From NCBI RefSeq assembly GCF_902713615.1, contig NC_052163.1, positions 103,222,622 to 103,286,621 on the forward strand: 64,000 bases of DNA. Reading direction: 5' to 3'. Within the stretch, counting starts at the first letter, position 1. Every line of letters begins with the position of its first letter. A program made the translations under genes and the position numbers. The notes beneath the pieces are model-generated. The model was not told the DNA's origin. It saw nothing but the letters and a program-made list of their open reading frames with translations, and made no database searches. Origin of the DNA: Scyliorhinus canicula (Eukaryota). Shown here piece by piece: positions 62,101 to 64,000 of the stretch.

Positions 62101-63055
62101 AACGTGGATGATCTGCAGCAAACAATGCTTTGTGCAATGAAGATTTCTCTGCAGTCTCAGTTGTTCATGGCAGAAATTATCTGTGAATTTTCTGTTGAAT
62201 TCAAGATTCTGAACTGAATTACCAGTAGAAGAAGCTGTTAATATTTGTATGAATGGTCACATTTCTCACCTGAATGAATGAAATATGCAACTTGAGAATG
62301 TAACATTATGCTGCTCTTCATAAACAGGTCATTGAGCTATGAGGCAAACAGAAACATTGCTTTAGGTGAAGGACAAAATGAATACCAATGTATGATTCTC
62401 CTTTTTAAAATATTTATACAACTTTCTCACCTCATTTGCAATCATGCTCGAAATATTGGAAGAGTTTGATTCTATTTCTGGGAATGCTGGCCTGTTTACA
62501 ATGATGTCAATTATAGACAGTAAGATTTGGTTCCTCATTTGGTTTCTGTGTTCGAGCTACAACTGGCATTGGAGCTGTAAAAGAGAGATAAAATAATATT
62601 TTCCATCCAAAGTCTGAATCAGAAAAAATTTGAAACAACAATTATGTACTCCTAAAATATTAGGCAACTTAATCAGCAGCACTGGGAGATCTAAATGCAA
62701 AGGAATTGTAACAATGACTGATTGTTCAAGCCGCTTCTGGACCTTGAATTGTTCGCAAACATGTCATTGTTCTGGAAACATAATTGAAGTGAACATATCT
62801 AACTGGTGCTTAAATTGTTGAGAGTTGCAACCTGCTCACTTACACCAAAGCAACAGTTTACTTTTGCATGTATATCAGTATTACGACAAAGATAGAATAA
62901 CAGAACTACCGATGAATCATTCTATAAATCAGAACAGAAGCTTTACCAAAATTCATCAAATCAAGATAAGTTTGCTTTGAGTGGATAAATGTTTGGTAAC
63001 TAATGAAAAAAAAAAGGCCATACCTCCTGGTTTATCCTGCTTGATTCATGGTAAT
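2036..63055 (-). CDS. MUC16: Mucin-16 (CA125)-like tandem SEA-domain protein, internal part of a multi-exon gene; 14 complete + 1 partial SEA units; gene extends past both window ends
   Basis: Repeated spliced unit FNVTFTITSLPY...LNLIYRKSDINTEFTDCKVISLS-ATDSKKTKVYANCSF...VYHQFNYNTENITDLGPYSLDRDSLYVNGYHE matches the MUC16 SEA signature (two-Cys loop; LGPYxLDxxSLYVNG end). Exons are GT-AG bounded with consistent phases. The symbol rests on recognised similarity; orthology is untested. Confidence 0.8.
2361..2551 (-). CDS. SEA unit 15 linker+B exon (191 nt)
   Basis: GCEELKSTVEPATPAERDHLIISEQQGDLTFQVNFTIINYNFTDELQIPSSPEYEHMTTNIMRQ; ttttag|...|gtatgg. Confidence 0.8.
3032..3219. mobile_element. 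Short (~190 bp) Harbinger-type MITE
   Basis: GGCTGGATTTTCC...AATTCCGGAC imperfect TIRs; internally similar to 24839-25027. Confidence 0.55.
3682..4111. mobile_element. GC-rich MITE-like element
   Basis: Ends GGAGAATTGCACCC; similar to 4802-5133; left boundary approximate. Confidence 0.45.
4802..5133. mobile_element. GC-rich MITE-like element
   Basis: GGGTGGAATTCACC...GATAAATCGGGCC; shares cggctaaac internal motif with 3682-4111. Confidence 0.45.
5538..5701 (-). CDS. SEA unit 14 exon D (164 nt, divergent)
   Basis: SPNGVNVKVQAACFFKTGPQKVDNVILKQEFRDRTNNTSTLATYKLDSNSLLIT; phase 2-1 preserved. Confidence 0.8.
6100..6335 (-). mobile_element. tRNA-derived SINE
   Basis: Reverse complement of head ACAGTGGTTAACACAGTTGCTTCACAGCACCAGGGTCCCAAGTTCGATT. 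Confidence 0.75.
7562..7629 (-). CDS. SEA unit 14 exon C (68 nt)
   Basis: LNALYGNSNINAAFLDCTVISL. Confidence 0.85.
7724..7884 (-). CDS. SEA unit 14 exon B (161 nt, divergent)
   Basis: ELPVVPEEQNPLEGQKPLCFNVSFAITNLPYNPVLFSSTSLLYQSASRTITHQ. Confidence 0.85.
8161..10545 (-). mobile_element. CR1 LINE, degenerate ORF2 (endonuclease fragment + RT) with 3' (TTCTTTG)n tail; internal deletion and nested solo LTR
   Basis: ORFs with KSPGPDGIYPRILKE, YMDFSKAFDKVPHGRL, GIPQGSVLGPLLF, FADDTKVG, DVVAITETWL. Confidence 0.92.
8724..8977 (+). mobile_element. Solo LTR inserted in CR1, 5-bp TSD TTGCC
   Basis: TTGCC|TGTGATG...TACATCA|TTGCC; TATAAA and ATTAAA inside. Confidence 0.85.
10838..10864 (-). CDS. SEA unit 14 exon A (27 nt, GYHEITSPT)
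   Basis: AG/GT. Confidence 0.8.
11453..11622 (-). CDS. SEA unit 13 exon D (170 nt)
   Basis: ATDSKKTKVYANCSFNNNSAAQQVDRV...LGPYSLDRDSLYVN. Confidence 0.85.
12549..12616 (-). CDS. SEA unit 13 exon C (68 nt)
   Basis: LNLIYRKSDINTEFTDCKVISL. Confidence 0.85.
12689..12915 (+). mobile_element. tRNA-derived SINE in B-C intron of unit 13
   Basis: GGGCAGCACAGTGGCGTAGTGGTTAGC...GGTTCGATTCC; absent from paralogous introns. Confidence 0.85.
12941..13077 (-). CDS. SEA unit 13 exon B (137 nt)
   Basis: QISIQNHPPPGFNVTFTITSLPYMESLHDHSSLLYQSASTIIIHQ. Confidence 0.85.
13404..13430 (-). CDS. SEA unit 13 exon A (27 nt)
   Basis: GYHETTSPT; AG/GT. Confidence 0.8.
13715..13884 (-). CDS. SEA unit 12 exon D (170 nt)
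   Basis: ATDSKKTKAYANCSFNNNSAAQKVDRV...LGPYSLDRDSLYVN. Confidence 0.85.
14785..14852 (-). CDS. SEA unit 12 exon C (68 nt)
   Basis: LNLIYRRSEINTEFTDCKVISL. Confidence 0.85.
14940..15076 (-). CDS. SEA unit 12 exon B (137 nt)
   Basis: QISIQNQSPPGFNVTFTITSLPYMESLHDHTSLLYQSASTIIIHQ. Confidence 0.85.
15409..15435 (-). CDS. SEA unit 12 exon A (27 nt)
   Basis: GYHETTSPT; AG/GT. Confidence 0.8.
15714..15883 (-). CDS. SEA unit 11 exon D (170 nt)
   Basis: ATDSKKTKVYANCSFNNNSAAQQVDRV...LRPYSLDRDSLYVN. Confidence 0.85.
16409..16476 (-). CDS. SEA unit 11 exon C (68 nt)
   Basis: LNLIYRKSDINTEFTDCKVISL. Confidence 0.85.
16564..16700 (-). CDS. SEA unit 11 exon B (137 nt)
   Basis: QISIQNQPPPGFNVTFTITSLPYMESLHDHTSLLYQSASTIIAHQ. 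Confidence 0.85.
17034..17060 (-). CDS. SEA unit 11 exon A (27 nt)
   Basis: GYHETTSPT; AG/GT. Confidence 0.8.
17352..17521 (-). CDS. SEA unit 10 exon D (170 nt)
   Basis: ATNSKKTKAYAICSFNNNSATQQVDRV...LGPYSLDRDSLYVN. Confidence 0.85.
18198..18909. mobile_element. Harbinger-type MITE, 712 bp, TSD AAT
   Basis: AAT|GGGCGAAATTCTCC...GGAGAATCGCGCCC|AAT; empty site gaatcaatg at ~14464 and ~16088. Confidence 0.85.
19229..19296 (-). CDS. SEA unit 10 exon C (68 nt)
   Basis: INLIYRKSDINTEFTDCKVISL. Confidence 0.85.
19384..19520 (-). CDS. SEA unit 10 exon B (137 nt)
   Basis: QISIQNQSPPGFNVTFTITSLPYMESLHDHTSLLYQSASTIIAHQ. Confidence 0.85.
19853..19879 (-). CDS. SEA unit 10 exon A (27 nt, GYHETTSPT)
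   Basis: AG/GT. Confidence 0.8.
20103..20782. mobile_element. Harbinger-type MITE, 680 bp, TSD ATA
   Basis: ATA|GGACGGGATTCT...AAAATACTGCCC|ATA; empty site near 13650. Confidence 0.8.
20842..21011 (-). CDS. SEA unit 9 exon D (170 nt)
   Basis: ASDSKNTKAYAICSFNNNSAAQQVDRVTVYHQFNYNTENITDLGPYSLDRDSLYVN. Confidence 0.85.
21476..21730 (-). mobile_element. tRNA-derived SINE with CR1-like tail
   Basis: catagaatcatagaa tail; reverse-strand head with GGTTCGATTCC. Confidence 0.7.
23182..23238. repeat. 26-bp tandem duplication (x2.2)
   Basis: agagcatcaatgtRggaatttcacaa repeated. Confidence 0.8.
23255..23530 (-). mobile_element. tRNA-derived SINE
   Basis: Head GGGCGGCACGTTAGCACAGTGGTTAGCACTGC on minus strand. 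Confidence 0.75.
23786..23853 (-). CDS. SEA unit 9 exon C (68 nt)
   Basis: LNIIYRKSAINTEFTDCKVISL. Confidence 0.85.
23941..24077 (-). CDS. SEA unit 9 exon B (137 nt)
   Basis: EISTQNQPPPGFNVTFTITSLPYNELLHTHTSLLYQSASTIITHQ. Confidence 0.85.
24300..24515 (-). mobile_element. SINE with L2-like tail
   Basis: ttgtcacaagtaggcttacattaacactgcaatgaagttactgtgaaaag tail; GGTTCAATTCCCG B-box on minus strand. Confidence 0.65.
24637..24663 (-). CDS. SEA unit 9 exon A (27 nt, GYHESTPPT)
   Basis: AG/GT, phase 1-1. Confidence 0.8.
24839..25027. mobile_element. Short Harbinger-type MITE, TSD AAT
   Basis: AAT|GGCTCGATTCTTCGG...CGGAGATTTCCGGCC|AAT. Confidence 0.75.
25142..25311 (-). CDS. SEA unit 8 exon D (170 nt)
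   Basis: ATESKKTKAYAICSFNNNSAAQQVDRVIVYHQFNYNTENITDLEPYSLDRDSLYVN. Confidence 0.85.
26003..26305 (-). mobile_element. tRNA-derived SINE
   Basis: Same family as the other SINEs; atcatagaatc tail. Confidence 0.75.
27055..29709 (+). mobile_element. 5'-truncated L1/Tx1-like LINE (RT C-terminal part, zinc knuckle, 3'UTR), 14-bp TSD AATTAAGTAGATGC
   Basis: Starts at HRVSLYADDLLLY; GGLGLPNRMYYYWAAN; CERC..ANHVHMFW; TSD at 27041-27054 and 29710-29723; frameshifted. Confidence 0.9.
27917..28602. mobile_element. Harbinger-type MITE nested in the L1, TSD TTG
   Basis: Splits L1 codons gat ttg ttt cta; right end GGAGAATCCCGCCC; left TIR degenerate. Confidence 0.8.
29879..30190 (+). mobile_element. tRNA-derived SINE with L2-like tail
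   Basis: GGGCAGCACGATAGCACAGTGGTTAGC...gtgacactaataaagatt. Confidence 0.8.
30204..30392 (+). mobile_element. tRNA-derived SINE (second family)
   Basis: GGGGCCGGTTTAGCTCAGTTG...GGTTCAATTCCC. Confidence 0.6.
30400..33540 (-). mobile_element. Degenerate CR1 LINE ORF2 with nested MITE
   Basis: VYMDFNKAFHKVPYGRL, LYRTLVRAQLESCVQFWSPHY, VLDLVLVN motifs. Confidence 0.85.
32437..33094. mobile_element. Harbinger-type MITE in CR1, TSD AAG
   Basis: AAG|GGCCGGGATTCTCC...GGAGAATTCTGTCC|AAG. Confidence 0.8.
33960..34470 (-). mobile_element. tRNA-derived SINE interrupted by a 218-bp inverted CR1 copy
   Basis: SINE tail 33960-34088 and head 34307-34470 flank the insert. Confidence 0.75.
34708..35140. mobile_element. 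Composite LTR-like fragments (plus-strand solo LTR ~34708-34967 and a minus-strand LTR remnant)
   Basis: TGTAAT...TACCACA with TATATAAA and AATAAA; second piece has tttatt and ends ACCACA. Confidence 0.45.
35392..35459 (-). CDS. SEA unit 8 exon C (68 nt)
   Basis: LHSIFRKSDINAAFTDCKVISL. Confidence 0.85.
35548..35663 (-). CDS. SEA unit 8 exon B (116 nt, shortened linker)
   Basis: AAPGFNVTFTITGLPYIESLHDHTSLLYQSASTVVTHQ. Confidence 0.8.
36256..36282 (-). CDS. SEA unit 8 exon A (27 nt, EYHESTPPI)
   Basis: ttcag|AATATC...ATCG|gtaagt. Confidence 0.8.
36735..37500 (-). mobile_element. CR1 LINE 3' fragment
   Basis: VHRSLKVATQVDKV...LEYCAQFW; FFTQRMVSALNVLPGEVVEA. Confidence 0.85.
37685..37854 (-). 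CDS. SEA unit 7 exon D (170 nt)
   Basis: TTSKQKTKVYAICSFSNTSVTEQVDRVTVYHQFNYNTKDITTLGPYSLDKNSLYVN. Confidence 0.85.
38440..38770 (+). mobile_element. tRNA-derived SINE with (ATTCT)n-like tail
   Basis: Family-typical body; gggattctatgattctat tail. Confidence 0.75.
38782..38849 (-). CDS. SEA unit 7 exon C (68 nt)
   Basis: LNTTFRNSDIRTAFTDCRVISL. Confidence 0.85.
38937..39073 (-). CDS. SEA unit 7 exon B (137 nt)
   Basis: DAPNENQVSSGFNVTFIIISLPYLQALHDNTSRLYQSASTIITHQ; NAGNAG acceptor. Confidence 0.85.
39387..39413 (-). CDS. SEA unit 7 exon A (27 nt, GDHESTTPT)
   Basis: ttttcag|GCGACC...ACTA|gtgtgt. Confidence 0.7.
40082..40712. mobile_element. GC-rich MITE nested in the Harbinger element
   Basis: GGGTGGGATGCACC...GATGAATCCAGCAC ends. 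Confidence 0.55.
41078..41420 (+). mobile_element. Near full-length tRNA-derived SINE
   Basis: A box/B box head (GGTTCGATTCCC), CR1-like tail gggccgaagggcctgttctgtgctgtactgttctaattcta. Confidence 0.85.
44154..44353. mobile_element. Short Harbinger-type MITE
   Basis: AAA|GGGTGGGATTTTC...GGAAATCCCAGCC|AAA. Confidence 0.65.
44477..44503 (-). CDS. Extra linker micro-exon A' (27 nt, DYHKTEPMI)
   Basis: ttttcag|ATTACCATAAAACAGAACCAATGATCG|gtgagt; same length and phase as the A exons. Confidence 0.7.
45100..46862 (+). mobile_element. Degenerate CR1 LINE ORF2
   Basis: AVDVVYMDSCKTFDKVSHGRL, KFVDDTKIGG, LEYCVQFWLPYY. Confidence 0.88.
47790..47959 (-). CDS. SEA unit 6 exon D (170 nt)
   Basis: VVNGDSYTVTAICSFKNYSTIPAVDRVFMYDVFENKTKDISNLGPYRLANNSLYVN. 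Confidence 0.85.
48428..48495 (-). CDS. SEA unit 6 exon C (68 nt)
   Basis: LNDLFKGSSIKATFSRCLVKSL. Confidence 0.85.
48588..48733 (-). CDS. SEA unit 6 exon B (146 nt)
   Basis: AIPALTVTPTPRRKGTPIDYNVTFIITSPRFQEIQLNSFFQTMKIGKE. Confidence 0.85.
49051..49313. mobile_element. pogo/Tigger-type MITE (Tc1-mariner superfamily)
   Basis: TIRs CAAGTTGAGCATTCCTAAT / CAGATTCAGCATCCCTTATCCG; TA on the right flank. Confidence 0.65.
49420..49446 (-). CDS. SEA unit 6 exon A (27 nt, DFHESPHVS)
   Basis: tccag|ATTTCC...AGCA|gtaagt. Confidence 0.75.
49772..49941 (-). CDS. SEA unit 5 exon D (170 nt)
   Basis: MVNTNSSTVTAVCSFKNESTIQQVDRVLVYHVFENNTNDISNLGPYTLDNDSLYLN. Confidence 0.85.
50105..50421 (-). mobile_element. 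tRNA-derived SINE
   Basis: Head GGGCAGCACGGTAGCACAAGTGGATAGC on minus strand. Confidence 0.85.
50527..50594 (-). CDS. SEA unit 5 exon C (68 nt)
   Basis: LNDLFQKSSINATFSSCIFHSS; donor GTCGGA. Confidence 0.8.
50689..50834 (-). CDS. SEA unit 5 exon B (146 nt)
   Basis: PMSVVTLTPTPTEEPNLTDYNVTFIINSPAFQEIVSNSSNHTRMIANE. Confidence 0.85.
51284..51310 (-). CDS. SEA unit 5 exon A (27 nt)
   Basis: DYHESSRTT; AG/GT. Confidence 0.8.
52028..52503 (-). mobile_element. Solo LTR, imperfect TSD GTCTT/GTCAT
   Basis: TGT...ACA ends; absent at the paralogous sites ~54900 and ~61450. Confidence 0.75.
52784..52953 (-). CDS. SEA unit 4 exon D (170 nt)
   Basis: MVNTNSTTVTAICSFKNYSTIPEIGRVLVYHVFENKTRDISNLGPYILDDDSLYVN. 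Confidence 0.85.
53251..53318 (-). CDS. SEA unit 4 exon C (68 nt)
   Basis: LNDLFKKSSINVTFSSCIFHSF. Confidence 0.85.
53411..53556 (-). CDS. SEA unit 4 exon B (146 nt)
   Basis: LMPVVTTTQTPTEEPNLTNYNVTFIVIMPAFPEFQSIILNHTSLITNE. Confidence 0.85.
53913..54095 (+). mobile_element. SINE (GGGGCTGTTTAGCTCAC family)
   Basis: tRNA-like head, (TTTCA)n tail; absent from paralogous introns. Confidence 0.75.
54163..54189 (-). CDS. SEA unit 4 exon A (27 nt)
   Basis: DYHESSRTT; AG/GT. Confidence 0.8.
55182..55350 (-). CDS. SEA unit 3 exon D (169 nt; 1-nt homopolymer deletion gives a frameshift)
   Basis: Paralogs are 170 nt; T4 at 55301-55304 versus T5 elsewhere. Confidence 0.7.
55648..55715 (-). CDS. SEA unit 3 exon C (68 nt)
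   Basis: LNDLFMKSSINVTFSSCIFHSF. Confidence 0.85.
55810..55955 (-). CDS. SEA unit 3 exon B (146 nt)
   Basis: PMPIVTLTQTPTEEPNLTFYNVTFIVNRPAFPEIQSNSSNHSSMIANE. Confidence 0.85.
56415..56441 (-). CDS. SEA unit 3 exon A (27 nt)
   Basis: DYHESSRTT; AG/GT. Confidence 0.8.
57424..57593 (-). CDS. SEA unit 2 exon D (170 nt)
   Basis: MVNTNSSTVTAVCSFKNNSTIPEVDRVLLYHVFENKTAGISNLGPYILDNDSLYVN. Confidence 0.85.
57888..57955 (-). CDS. SEA unit 2 exon C (68 nt)
   Basis: LNDLFMKSSIKVTFSSCIFHSI; AG/GT. Confidence 0.85.
58025..59892 (-). mobile_element. ORF1-only L1-like non-autonomous retrotransposon with intact 5' end, 3'UTR and polyA; 13-bp TSD AGATTCTCCTTTT
   Basis: 5' GACTTCCGTGATGGCG; ORF1 LEDLENRSRRQNLRIVGLPEGVE, IRVYQDFTVELARRRASF, GIVYPAKLRVTY (frameshifted); no ORF2; TSD at 58012-58024 and 59893-59905. 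Confidence 0.88.
59931..60076 (-). CDS. SEA unit 2 exon B (146 nt)
   Basis: PMPIVTRTLTPTEEPNLTVYNVTFIVNRPAFPEIQSNFSNHSSMIATE; AG/GT. Confidence 0.85.
60534..60560 (-). CDS. SEA unit 2 exon A (27 nt, DYHESSRTT)
   Basis: tccag|ATTACC...ACCA|gtgagt. Confidence 0.8.
60781..60956 (+). mobile_element. SINE (same family as 53913-54095)
   Basis: GGGGCTGGTTTAGCACAG head; gatttcatttcat tail; absent from paralogous introns. Confidence 0.75.
61823..61995 (-). CDS. SEA unit 1 exon D (173 nt)
   Basis: MVNTNSSTV...VCSFRNDSTIPEVDRVLVYHVFEIKTTGISNLGPYTLDGDSLY. Confidence 0.7.
62270..62336 (-). CDS. SEA unit 1 exon C (67 nt, 1-nt deletion)
   Basis: LNDLFMKSSI...SCIFHSF; AG/GT ends. Confidence 0.6.
62431..62574 (-). 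CDS. SEA unit 1 exon B (144 nt, two 1-nt deletions versus 146-nt paralogs)
   Basis: TPMPVVARTQKPNEEPNLTVY...MIANE; AG/GT ends. Confidence 0.6.
63024..63055 (-). CDS. SEA unit 1 exon A (degenerate 32-nt copy of the 27-nt linker micro-exon)
   Basis: ATTACCATGAATCAAGCAGG after tccag; donor region has indels relative to paralogs. Confidence 0.45.
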
Positions 63056-64000
63056 CTGGAGAACAAAGAAGACTGAGCTGTCACAGATTAATCACAATTA
63101 AACTCTTCCATCATATTCAATCATTGAAGTCACCCATTGAAATGAAAAAAACATCTGATCAATGTCAAATCTATGGAGAAAATATTTTATATCCATGGGG
63201 GAGCTATCAGATTATAGTAACATCAGTTACAATTGCTGCAACTATTTGAAAAAAGTCGATAGCTAATGCAGCAAGTGTGTCCAATGCAGAAACACATTAG
63301 TTATCGTTTCAGTCTTGACATCAATGGACAGATCACAGATTGAACCAGAGCAGACTGAGAATTCATAAATCAATCAAATACGTGTCCTCCTTTTGTTGAT
63401 ATGAGTTATTGAGTGAGACAATTCAAGTCACTTTGACAGAGTTCATTAAAATTCTAAAATTGGCTAACAATTCTGAATCTTGCACCGTGCCAAAGATTGT
63501 TCCTCCAATGAAAATGCATTAATTCGCTGCTATTTTATGAAACATTAACCAATTCAGAATTGTTGCCAAAAGATTGCCGGAAAAAGGCTGTGGGACCAAG
63601 TCACTGAGTGTCTTTTAAGGCAGAGATAGATTGGTTCATGAGTTAATAAGGCCGATCAAAAGGTATACGAGGAGAAGGCAGGAGGAATGGGGATGAGAAA
63701 CAACAGCCCTGATTGACTGGCAGAGCAGACTTTCTAGGTCGAATGGCATAATACCCGCACCTATGTTTCATGCTCTGATCGTCTAATTGAATGCCTGTAA
63801 GAATCTCTTTGCTTGCTCAGACACGTTATGATACAGTTTTCTTCCGAGGATCTGCGATATCAGCAAAACTGTGCATGCCAAGGACCCAGCATCTTTGACA
63901 CTTGAGTGTTGAGCAGATGAAATGCATCAGTGCACATGATCACATCGTTCCACTGATGTTGTTCTTCTGTTAGATTGTTTGTATACAGTAGCAAATTTTG

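Larger units (their letters stand above)
49700..64000 (-). repeat. Type I genomic tandem duplication block (period ~2.2-2.4 kb where free of new TEs)
   Basis: Alignable introns and exons; exon D spacing 2398 and 2242 bp. Confidence 0.9.

Noticed and set aside
10838-63055. Regularly spaced ~27-40-bp near-identical sequences resembling a CRISPR or recombination-signal array
   Set aside because: They are micro-exons with AG/GT splice sites inside kb-scale duplicated units of a eukaryotic gene.
2036-63055. Cluster of separate single-SEA genes, or mutually exclusive cassette exons
   Set aside because: There are no signal-peptide, start or stop exons between units, and exons follow a strict A-B-C-D order with matching phases, indicating one long CDS.

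Overview
Eukaryotic (vertebrate) genomic DNA. The repeat landscape (CR1 LINEs, tRNA-derived SINEs, L1/Tx1-like LINEs, GC-rich palindromic Harbinger-type MITEs) suggests a cartilaginous fish such as a shark, which is an inference. The whole window is the interior of one minus-strand gene, with no start or stop codon in view. It encodes a tandem array of MUC16/CA125-type SEA domains. I could place 59 GT-AG exons forming 14 complete units and 1 partial unit. Each unit has four exons: A (27 nt), B (116-161 nt), C (68 nt) and D (164-170 nt; 173 in the damaged U1 copy), with phases 1-1-0-2-1. The array contains two separately amplified subfamilies: type I at 47.8-63 kb (137 aa, rich in N-glycosylation sequons, short beta1-helix segment) and type II at 11.4-39.4 kb (134 aa). 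They meet at a doubled micro-exon flanking a decayed Harbinger transposon and are followed by two divergent units towards the C-terminus. Paralogous introns give empty sites for several insertions: MITEs with variable 3-bp TSDs, an ORF1-only L1 derivative with a 13-bp TSD, and a solo LTR. Two short locally templated insertions are also visible. The last ~2 kb is rich in single-base indels and looks like low-quality assembly. Most ORFs in the supplied track are spurious or transposon-derived.
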